Source of the DNA: Vicinamibacterales bacterium
GTDB lineage: Bacteria > Acidobacteriota > Vicinamibacteria > Vicinamibacterales > UBA8438
NCBI GenBank assembly: GCA_965262925.1
Contig: CBDHGC010000003.1
Location: 1,551,907 to 1,615,906, forward strand
DNA length: 64,000 bases
Direction: 5' to 3'
In this document: positions 36,013 through 44,397 of the stretch, in pieces
How positions within the stretch are numbered: position 1 is the first letter of the stretch
How the letters are laid out: each line of letters opens with the position of its first letter
The notes under the pieces: generated by a model
What the model was told of the DNA's origin: nothing
Databases searched by the model: none
The model's input: only the letters and a program-made list of their open reading frames with translations
Position numbers and translations under genes: made by a program

Positions 36013-38584
36013 ATGCGGAGTGGGCGCCGGGCCGGGCTCGTCGGACGCGCCGTCCTGGTGGGGCTTATCGGCGGCCTGCCGACGGGAGTGGCCGCCGCCC
36101 AGGCACCGCCGCAGGCTACGGGAGCAACGGCTGGGGTACAGGTGCGGCAAGCCGCGGGCGCGCCCGTCGCCGCGGGCGACGACCACGCGGCGCTCGTGCA
36201 GCGCTATTGCGTCACCTGCCACAACGGACGGTTGCGGACCGCCGGCCTCGCCCTGGACGAGGTCGAGGTCTCCGCGGAGCACGTCGCTGCCCACCCGGCG
36301 CTGTGGGAGAAGGTGGTGCAGAAGCTCCGCAGCCGGACCATGCCCCCGGTGGGGCGCCCGCGGCCGGCGGGGGCCGCGTACAGTGCCTTCGCGTCCTGGC
36401 TGGAGACGACGCTCGACACGGCCGCGCTCGCGCGCCCCGACCCGGGTCGCCCGCTGCTGCACCGGATGAACCGCACCGAGTATCGCAACGCGGTGCGCGA
36501 CCTGCTCGGCGTCGACGCCGACGTCAGCGCGCTGCCCGCCGACGACTCCACCTACGGCTTCGACAACATCGCGGACGCCCTGGGGGTGTCGCCGCTGCTC
36601 ATCGAGAGCTACGTCACGACGGCGCGCAAGGTCAGCCGGCTGGCGGTCGGCAGCCCGACGATTCCCGCGGCGACCATCACCCACAAGACGCCCGAGGACC
36701 TGACGCAGGACTACCACCTGCGCGACCTGCCGCTCGGCACCCGGGGCGGCGTCCGCGTCGCGGAGTACTTTCCGGTCGACGCGGAGTACGAGATTCGCGT
36801 GCGGCTGCGGCGGACCGCGGTGGGCGCCATCCGCGGGATCGGCGAGGAGCATCAGGTCGAGCTGACGCTGGACGGCGAGCGGGTCGCCCTGTTCCCTGTC
36901 GGCAGCGAGGATGCCTACCGGCCGATCGTCATCAACGAGCAGAACCCCGGCCAGACCGCTACAAAGGCGTTCACGGCGGACGAGTCGATGCGCGTGCGGC
37001 TGCCGATCACGGCCGGCCGTCACGAGATCGTCGCCTCGTTCGTGGGCAGGCCCGCGGCGCTGTCGGAAGAGGTCGCGAGGCCGTTTCTCCGCAGCTTCGT
37101 GGGCACGAGCAGCCGGAGGGGCCTGCCGGACGTCGACCGGGTGCTGATCGCCGGGCCGTTCGGCGCGGTGCGGCCGGGAGACACGCCGAGCCGGCGGCGC
37201 ATCTTCACCTGTCGTCCCGAGGCTTCCGCCGACGAGCTGCCGTGCGCCCGCTCGATTCTCTCGCGGCTGGGTCGATCGACTGGCCTACCGGCGTGTCCTG
37301 GAAGCGCCGGAGCTGGACCGGCTGATCGACTTCTACCGGGAAGGCAGCCGCGACGGCGGCTTCGAGGCCGGCATCGAGCTGGCGCTCCGCTTCGTCCTGG
37401 CCAGCCCGCAGTTCATCTTCCGGCTGGAGGCTGAGCCCGCCGACGTCGAGGCGGGCGCCGTCTATCCGCTGGCGGATCTGGATCTCGCCTCGCGCCTGTC
37501 GTTCTTTCTCTGGAGCAGCATCCCGGACGACGAGCTGCTGGCGGCGGCCGAGGGCGGGCGCCTGACCCACCCGGCGGCGCTGACGCGGCAGGTGCGGCGC
37601 ATGCTGGCCGATCCCCGCGCGGCAGCGCTGGTGGAGAACTTCGCCGGGCAGTGGCTGTATCTGCGGAATCTCGGCAACACCCATCCCGATCCGCCGACGT
37701 TCCCGGACTTCGACGACAACCTGCGGCGCGCGCTGCAGCGCGAGACCGAGCTGTTCTTCGAGAGCATCATGGACGAGGACCGCAGCGTCCTCGACCTGCT
37801 GACCGCCGACTACACGTTCGTGAACGAGCGTCTGGCGCGCCACTACGGGATGCGCGGCATCTACGGCGACAGGTTCCGGCGCGTGCCCGTGACCGACGAG
37901 ACGCGGCGCGGGTTGCTGGGCCACGGCAGCGTGCTGACGGTCACCTCCTACGCGACGCGCACCTCCCCGGTGCTGCGCGGAAAGTGGATTCTCGAGAACC
38001 TGCTCGGCGCGCCGCCCCCGCCCCCGCCCCCGCCCCCGGACGTGCCGGACCTGGAGGACACGGGCAGCGCCGAGGGCCTGTCCATCCGCGAGCGCCTGAC
38101 GCGGCACCGCGCGAACCCCGCCTGCGCCACGTGTCACGCGCGCATGGATCCGTACGGGTTCGGGCTGGAGAACTTCGACGCGATCGGCCGCTGGCGCGGC
38201 ACCGGCGCCGACGGGCAGCCGATCGACGCCTCGGACGTGCTCCCCGACGGGACCGCGTTCGACGGTCCGAGCGAGCTGCGGGAGGCGATCCTGAAGCGGC
38301 CCGGGACGTTCGTCGAGACGTTCACGCGAAAGCTGCTGACGTATGCGATCGGACGGGGTCTGGAGTACTACGACGCCCCGGCGGTGCGCCGGATCGTTAC
38401 GCGGGCAGGCGCCGATGACTATAGGTTCTCGTCGATCGTGACGGGCATCGTGACAAGCGATGCGTTCCGAATGAAGGTAAGGACACTGACGGAAATAACC
38501 TTGCCGCGTCCCAGGCGTGCCAAGCAGCGAAAGAGAGGCTGCGCCTTGGTGAAGTTGGCGAATCTATATCGATCACTGTCCTAA
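36013..38584 (+). pseudogene. DUF1592/DUF1587/DUF1595-type multidomain protein with planctomycete-type cytochrome c motifs; frameshift near 37272
   Basis: ORF 35983..37434 reads ..YCVTCHNGRLRTAGLAL..MPP..HRMNRTEYRN..ARSILSRL. It continues in another frame as ..RLAYRRVLEAPELDRLIDFYREG..SFFLWSS.PDDELL..ENFAGQWLYLRNL..CATCHARMDPYGFGLENFD.. (ORF 37592..38584). Confidence 0.75.
38014..38037 (+). repeat. (GCCCCC)x4 hexanucleotide tandem repeat encoding a Pro9 tract
   Basis: Read directly: G-CCCCC repeated four times inside ..GAPPPPPPPPPDVPD.. The repeat unit is in frame (6 nt). Confidence 0.9.
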
Positions 38585-38591
38585 GTCACAA

Positions 38592-39932
38592 ATGATCATC
38601 ACGAAGAAGGCCTTGCCGCGGCGGACGTTCCTGCGCGGCGCCGGTGCGACGGTGGCGCTGCCGTTGCTCGACGCCATGGTTCCCGCCCTCTCGGCGATGT
38701 CCCGGACCGCGGCCGCCCCGGTGCGCCGGCTTGCATTCTCCTATGTCCCGAACGGCGCGATCATGGAGCAGTGGACGCCCGACGCGGAGGGGGCGGCGTT
38801 CGATCTGCCGCCGATTCTCGCGTCGCTGGAGCCGCACCGAGACCGGCTGGTCGTCCTGTCGGGTCTCGACTCGCGGCCGGCGGAGGCGGCCGAGGGCGAG
38901 GGCTCCGGCGACCACGCGCGGGCCAGCGCGGTCTGGCTGACCGGCGTGCACCCCAGGCGCACGCAGGGGGCCGATGTTCGCGGGGCGAAGACCATCGACC
39001 AGATGGCGGCCGACGAGTTGGGCCGGGACACCCAGTTGCGCTCGCTCGAGGTCGCGGCCGAGGACTTCACAGCGGTCGGCGGGTGCGACATCGGCTACTC
39101 CTGCAGCTACGTCAACACGCTGTCCTGGCGTACCGCGACGACGCCGCTGCCGATGCAGACGGATCCGCGCGTCGTCTTCGAGCGCCTGTTCGGCGAGGGC
39201 CTCGGGGTGGAAGCGCGCCGGCGGCAGCTCGGGCAGGACCGGAGCATCCTGGATGCGATCGTGGGCGAGGTGAATCGACTGCAGCCGCGGCTGGGCGCTG
39301 CCGACACCGTGCGCGTGGACGAGTACCTGGACAGCGTCCGCGACGTGGAGCAGCGCGTCCGAAAGGTCGAGGCGCGCGTGGGCGAGCACATCGAGCTGCC
39401 GGAGATGCCGGTCGGCGTGCCCGAGCTGTACGACGACCACGTGAAGCTGATGTACGACCTGCAGGTGCTGGCGTTCCAGACCGACGTCACGCGCATCAGC
39501 ACGTTCATGCTCGCCCGCGAAGCATCGACGCGCACCTACAGCCATATCGGGGTGCCCGACCCGCACCACGCCATCTCGCATCACGGCAACGCGCCCGACA
39601 AGGTGGCGAAGCACGCGAAGATCAACACGTACCACGTCAGCCTGTTCCGCTACTTTCTGGACCGGCTGCGCGCGACGCCCGGATGGCGACGGCACGCTGC
39701 TGGATCACTCGCTGCTGCTCTACGGCGGCTGCATCAGCAACGGCAACTGCACACCCACACCGATCTGCCGGTGCTGCTGGCCGGCGGCGGGGGCGGCCGG
39801 CTGCAGGGCGGGCGTCACGTCGTCTGTGCGGATGGTACGCCGCTGACCAACCTGCTGCTGTCGATACTGGACAAGGTGGACGTTCACCGCGACCGCCTCG
39901 GCGACAGTACGGGGCGGTTGACGGACCTCTAG
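38592..39932 (+). CDS. DUF1552-family protein (usual partner of DUF1592 proteins); contains a ~22-codon out-of-frame stretch
   Basis: 446 aa with a Tat-like MIITKKALPRRTFLRGAGATVALPLL. Motifs: SYVPNG, SGDHARA, DLPVLLAGGGGG. Between ~39678 and ~39745 the annotated frame reads GWRRHAAGSLAAALRRLHQQRQL. The +1 frame reads the family-like DGDGTLLDHSLLLYGGCISNGN. Confidence 0.78.
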   Translation: MIITKKALPRRTFLRGAGATVALPLLDAMVPALSAMSRTAAAPVRRLAFSYVPNGAIMEQWTPDAEGAAFDLPPILASLEPHRDRLVVLSGLDSRPAEAAEGEGSGDHARASAVWLTGVHPRRTQGADVRGAKTIDQMAADELGRDTQLRSLEVAAEDFTAVGGCDIGYSCSYVNTLSWRTATTPLPMQTDPRVVFERLFGEGLGVEARRRQLGQDRSILDAIVGEVNRLQPRLGAADTVRVDEYLDSVRDVEQRVRKVEARVGEHIELPEMPVGVPELYDDHVKLMYDLQVLAFQTDVTRISTFMLAREASTRTYSHIGVPDPHHAISHHGNAPDKVAKHAKINTYHVSLFRYFLDRLRATPGWRRHAAGSLAAALRRLHQQRQLHTHTDLPVLLAGGGGGRLQGGRHVVCADGTPLTNLLLSILDKVDVHRDRLGDSTGRLTDL

Positions 39933-40918
39933 AAGATCGCGATCGGGTTGAGCGGCGACCCCGTTCCACCCTCCACCGGGATCGGTCCGGCGGTGAGCAT
40001 GAACTCCCAGCGGTTCTCCTGCGCCGCCGTCTCGGCGAGCGCCTCGAGGTCCATGTTGTCGAAGATGTTCGTGCCGAAGCCGGCGATGAGCATCGTGTGC
40101 ACCGGTTGGGTCACCCCTTCGACCATTGATGGCATCACGTCGGTGGCCGCGTCGCTGCCGACGAAGGCGACGCCGCGCTCCTTGATCCAGGGCAGCACCG
40201 ACGCGTGCAATCCGGCGCTGTTGCCGGAGACCTGCCACGGCCCCATCGCGGCGCGGCGCGCCCAGCGGCCGGTCCGCACGAAGATGATGTCGCCCGGCGA
40301 CACCGTCACCCCGGCCATCTCCTCCCAGGCCTCGATGTCCTCGACGTAGATCGGCGTCTGCGGCTCCAGGTACGGCACCCCCTTCAGGCGGGCCAGGTCG
40401 AGCAGGATGCCGCGCGTGACGATGCCCTGTTTCAGGTTCTGGATGCCGAGCTTTCCGCAGCCCTCCGGCGAGCTCGCCGACGGTGGGATGTCGTTGTACA
40501 TCCGGTCGTTCCACAGGAAGTGGCAGAGCGAGTCGAGGTGACTGACGCCGTAGCCGTGATAGGTGAACTCGTAGGTGTCGCTGCGCAGCGTCCGGCCCAT
40601 GGTGTGGTTGAACGCGGCGTCCGGGTTGTCCGGGGCCTCGTCCGGCATCGGGTTGTGCGACAGCGAGACGGTGATGCCGCGCTGTACGAGCGCCGCCGCC
40701 GCGAGCGTTTTCTCCGGCGTGATCAGGTTCATCGTGCCGAGCTCGTCGTCGGCGCCCCAGCGGCCCCAGTTGTTGATCTCCTGGAACATGGCGTCGAACT
40801 CGGCGACGTTGCGCGGGCTGCGCGGCTCCTGGGTCTCGACGGTGACGGCGGCGGCGAAAGCGGCCGCGGCGACGAGTACGACGAGCCTGAGGATTGCTGT
40901 GCTGGACCTGCGTGTCAT
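39929..40918 (-). CDS. cyclase-family protein (kynurenine-formamidase-like), exported
   Basis: 329 aa counted from the internal ATG 40918. Signal MTRRSSTAILRLVVLVAAAAFAAA. Motifs: NNWGRWGADDELGTMN, HGYGVSHLDSLCHF, GVAFVGSDAATD. Confidence 0.8.
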   Translation of the reverse strand: MTRRSSTAILRLVVLVAAAAFAAAVTVETQEPRSPRNVAEFDAMFQEINNWGRWGADDELGTMNLITPEKTLAAAALVQRGITVSLSHNPMPDEAPDNPDAAFNHTMGRTLRSDTYEFTYHGYGVSHLDSLCHFLWNDRMYNDIPPSASSPEGCGKLGIQNLKQGIVTRGILLDLARLKGVPYLEPQTPIYVEDIEAWEEMAGVTVSPGDIIFVRTGRWARRAAMGPWQVSGNSAGLHASVLPWIKERGVAFVGSDAATDVMPSMVEGVTQPVHTMLIAGFGTNIFDNMDLEALAETAAQENRWEFMLTAGPIPVEGGTGSPLNPIAIF

Positions 40919-41162
40919 CTGCGTGCTCCCCGATACGGGTTCCTGGTGATGTGTCGACGCGGGCATTATGCCCTCAACCGCGCCGGCAGTGCGGACTGGC
41001 GGAGTGCGCAGAGACGGCAGGACGGCGGCCACGACTAGAATCCACGACGTGTCCGAGTCCGGACGAGGGGTTCGACGGGAGCGGCCGCCATCCAACGGCC
41101 TCCGCGCGCGCTGGCGGCGGGCCGCCCGGAGCGTCCGCGCGACGTGCGACTGGCTGCGGAGG

Positions 41163-42350
41163 ATGGGCGCCGCGGGGGCCGATCCGCCTGCGGACGGCCG
41201 GTTGACCGTTGCGGTCGACATCCGCGCCTTCTGGGAGCCGCTGACCGGCGTCGGCTGGTACCTCTTCGAGCTCCTGCAGCATCTGGCCGATGCGGACGGA
41301 CTGCGCCTGCGACTCTACGGTCCGACGCTGTTTCCCAATCCGGATGCGCCGGGTCCGGTCGTGGAGCCGCCCTGCGGTCCGGCCATCGAGATGGTCGCGG
41401 GTCTGGCGCCGCCCGGAACCTGGGGCCGGCGCCGCAGCGTGCTTCGCGCCCTCCGCCTGGTGGAGCCTCTGGTCTTCGCCTTGCAGCGCAACGCCGTGCT
41501 CTTCGCGCCCAACTTCATCCTGCCGCGGGCATTTCGGCTGGCCCGCGGGGCGACCGTGGCGACGGTCCACGATCTCGCGTTCCGCCGGCTGCCGTGGACG
41601 GTTCGCGAAGAGACTCGCGCCGCGCTCGATGCACAGTTCCATCGCACTCTGGCCCGCGCAAGCGCCGTGATCACGGTGTCGCGCACGGTCCGCGACGAGC
41701 TCCTGGCGGCCGAGGCGATCGGGGCGGCGCGGGTCACCGCGATTCGTCACGGTCCGGGGCACCTGTCGGCGCGGAAGGGCGGTGCGCTGCCGGCGTGGAC
41801 TCCCGAGCGCTACATGCTCCACGTCGGGACGGTCGAGCCGCGCAAGAACATCGAGCTGCTGCTCGAGGTGTGGGAGGCCTGGGTGGCGGAGGACCCGGCG
41901 GCGCCGGCGCTCCTGCTGTGCGGCCGACGCGGCTGGAAGAGCGACGCGCTGCACGAGAGGTTCGACCGCGCGGCCGCGGCCGGCTGGCTGCACCATCCCG
42001 GCTACGTCGACGACGACGCGTTGGCGGCGCTCTACCGCCGGGCGCTGGCTGTCGTCTGCCCGTCCCGCTACGAGGGCTTCGGCCTGCCGCTGGTCGAGGC
42101 GCTGGCGGCCGGGACACCGGTCGTGGCGAGCGACATACCGGTGTTCCGGGAGGTGGCCGGCGAAGCGGCCGTCTTTGCTCCGGTTGACGATCCCGCCGCC
42201 TGGAGGCGGGTACTGGTCGAGCTGGCGTACGACGAGACCATACGCGGGCGCCGTTCGAGGTTGGGACGCGAGCGGGCCGCCGTGTTCGACTGGTCGACGA
42301 CGGCTGCGCGGACCCGTGAGGTCCTGGAACGGGCAGCAAGTGATGCATGA
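41163..42350 (+). CDS. GT4-family glycosyltransferase
   Basis: Start ATG 41163 with GGAGG upstream. Motifs: HVGTVEPRKN and PSRYEGFGLPLVEALAAGTPVVASD (the E-x7-E region). Confidence 0.85.
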   Translation: MGAAGADPPADGRLTVAVDIRAFWEPLTGVGWYLFELLQHLADADGLRLRLYGPTLFPNPDAPGPVVEPPCGPAIEMVAGLAPPGTWGRRRSVLRALRLVEPLVFALQRNAVLFAPNFILPRAFRLARGATVATVHDLAFRRLPWTVREETRAALDAQFHRTLARASAVITVSRTVRDELLAAEAIGAARVTAIRHGPGHLSARKGGALPAWTPERYMLHVGTVEPRKNIELLLEVWEAWVAEDPAAPALLLCGRRGWKSDALHERFDRAAAAGWLHHPGYVDDDALAALYRRALAVVCPSRYEGFGLPLVEALAAGTPVVASDIPVFREVAGEAAVFAPVDDPAAWRRVLVELAYDETIRGRRSRLGRERAAVFDWSTTAARTREVLERAASDA

Positions 42351-42457
42351 GCGGTGGATGGGAGCAGCCGGCTGTCGGTTCGGAGCCCGACCATGGCCGG
42401 GCCTGTAGTATTGGCGGCAAGGGAAGCGGCTCGATCGCGGGGCGGCGAGCCGGAACG

Positions 42458-43318
42458 ATGGAATCAGTGACGAGGCGGATGTCGGTACTGGCGGTCGTGG
42501 TGGGGCTGATCGTCGCCTGCGGGCGGGGCGGTCCTGCCGAGGACTACGTGCCGCTGCCCATCGTGGCCGTGGCTCCGGAGCTGTTGGACGACGAGGAGGA
42601 GACGCGGCGCCATCTCAACGCGTTCCCGATCGAGGCATACGAGCAGCACGACGTGGCGGGCGTCGGACGCTTCTTCATCGACGATCCCTCGGACATGATC
42701 AAGCAGGTCATCGTGGCCGGCAACGCGTGGGAGCGGCACCAGGTGGAGCTCTTCGAGGAGCATGTCGAGCCGGGCTCGGTGGTGGTCGAGGTCGGCGCGC
42801 ACATCGGCAGTCACACCGTGTCGATCGCGCGCCTGGCGGGTCCCTGGGGCCGTGTCTACGCCTTCGAGCCGCAGCGGAAGATCTACCGGGAGCTGTACCA
42901 CAACCTCGCGCTCAACGGCATCACCAACGTCGTGCCGCTGCGCTATGCGGCCGGGGTGGGGGAGACCCGCATCATCGAGATGAACCCCGTCACGCCCGGC
43001 AACGAGGGAGGCACCGGCGTCGGGGCCGGGGGCGACCGGGCGGAGCTGCGCAGCCTCGACAGCTTCGGGTTCGAGCGGGTATCGGTGCTCAAGATCGACG
43101 TGGAGCACTACGAGAACGAGGTGCTAGCCGGCGCCGTCGACACCATCCGCCGCAACCGGCCGGTGATCCTGATCGAGATCATGGGCGGCGAGGACTACGA
43201 GACGGCGTCGCCCGAGGCGCTGGAGCGTATCCATGGCACGTGGAAGAGGCTGGAGAGGCTCGGCTACACCGTGAGGCCGGTGTTCAAGCACGACTACGTC
43301 GCGCTGCCGGGCGACTGA
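42458..43318 (+). CDS. FkbM-family methyltransferase
   Basis: VVVEVGAHIGSHTVSIARL..VYAFEPQRKIYRELYHNLALNG..LKIDVEHYENEVLAG. The start is chosen at MESVTRRMSVLAVVVGLIVAC. Confidence 0.8.
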   Translation: MESVTRRMSVLAVVVGLIVACGRGGPAEDYVPLPIVAVAPELLDDEEETRRHLNAFPIEAYEQHDVAGVGRFFIDDPSDMIKQVIVAGNAWERHQVELFEEHVEPGSVVVEVGAHIGSHTVSIARLAGPWGRVYAFEPQRKIYRELYHNLALNGITNVVPLRYAAGVGETRIIEMNPVTPGNEGGTGVGAGGDRAELRSLDSFGFERVSVLKIDVEHYENEVLAGAVDTIRRNRPVILIEIMGGEDYETASPEALERIHGTWKRLERLGYTVRPVFKHDYVALPGD

Positions 43319-43372
43319 CGTCCTTCGGGCGCCAGGCTCTTGCGGGCGTGGATTGGCGTAACGAGAGAGCAC

Positions 43373-44158
43373 ATGACGAGGGAGGTCACCGTGAAGCTGA
43401 ATCACCTGATCCTGACGGCGTGCGTGGCTGCACTTACGGCTGGTATCGCCATCGCGGCGGTCGGCGCCCGGGCTCCGTTCGAGGAGGCGGCAGCGGCCCA
43501 GGAGGAGACGTTCACGCCGCACGTCGTCACGCCCGAGGACATCCCGTCGGGCATCCACGAGGATTCCTGGGCGCGGGTACCGCGCATCGCACGCGAGTCG
43601 CTCGACGCCGACGGCCAGCGGGCCTACGACGTCATCGTGAACCCGGACAGCCGCTACGGCAGCGGCCTGCGGGGCCCGATCGGCATGTGGATGAACAGTC
43701 CGCCCATGGCCGAGCACCTGTTCCCGGCCAGCAGCTACCTGCGCTTCGGCGCCGACGGCAACCGGGACCAGCGGCTCGCCGAGCTCGCCATCCTGACCGC
43801 CGCCCGCGCGCTGAACAGCCAGTACGAGTGGTCCGCCCACGAGCCGGCGGGCCGGAACGCGGGGCTCGAGGAGGAGATCATCGAGCTGCTCCGGTGGGAC
43901 ACCCCGCTGGCCGATGCCGGCGAGCTGCCGGGTCTGAACGAGCCCGAGCGGACCATCGTCCGCGTGGTCCGCGAGCTGATCCGCGAGCCGAAGCTCAGCG
44001 ACGAGGCGTTCGAAGCCGCGCAGCGGATCTTCGGCAACCAGGGCCTGATGGATATCGCCGGCCTGATCGGCCATTACACGATGGTCAACTACACGCTGAA
44101 GGCGTTCGACGTGCAGCGGCCGCCCGGCAGCGAGCTCACGCTTCCGATGCTCCCGTGA
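43373..44158 (+). CDS. carboxymuconolactone-decarboxylase (AhpD-like) family protein
   Basis: LAILTAARALNSQYEWSAHEPAGRNAGLEEEII..LIGHYTMVNYTLKAF. It has an N-terminal hydrophobic anchor or signal. Confidence 0.72.
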   Translation: MTREVTVKLNHLILTACVAALTAGIAIAAVGARAPFEEAAAAQEETFTPHVVTPEDIPSGIHEDSWARVPRIARESLDADGQRAYDVIVNPDSRYGSGLRGPIGMWMNSPPMAEHLFPASSYLRFGADGNRDQRLAELAILTAARALNSQYEWSAHEPAGRNAGLEEEIIELLRWDTPLADAGELPGLNEPERTIVRVVRELIREPKLSDEAFEAAQRIFGNQGLMDIAGLIGHYTMVNYTLKAFDVQRPPGSELTLPMLP

Positions 44159-44330
44159 CCGCGGGGGACGGTTGCACGGTGTCGGGGCGCCCTTCCGCAG
44201 ACCGCGGGAGGGCGCGCGTCGCGAGTTGTGCAGGCCGGGCGCGTTGACGTGCGCATTGTGGCGGCGGCCGGCGTCCAGTCTTCGCCGGGGGCTGAACATC
44301 CCGCCCGGGGTGGGCAACTCCATGCGGGCG

Positions 44331-44359
44331 CGCCCGCCGGGGAGGGATTCCGGCGGGCG
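44331..44359. terminator. GC hairpin between convergent genes (candidate bidirectional terminator)
   Basis: CGCCCGCCGG-GGAGGGATT-CCGGCGGGCG is a perfect 10-bp stem with a 9-nt loop. It lies between the stops at 44158 (+) and 44398 (-). There is no U-tract. Confidence 0.4.
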
Positions 44360-44397
44360 GCCGGGCGCGGAACGGGTCGGAATCTGCCCGTCCTTCT

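Noticed and set aside
39929-39932. A palindromic CTAG provides the stop codon for both convergent genes (DUF1552 and cyclase).
   Set aside because: This is a trivial consequence of TAG being nearly self-complementary. No further structure is seen.
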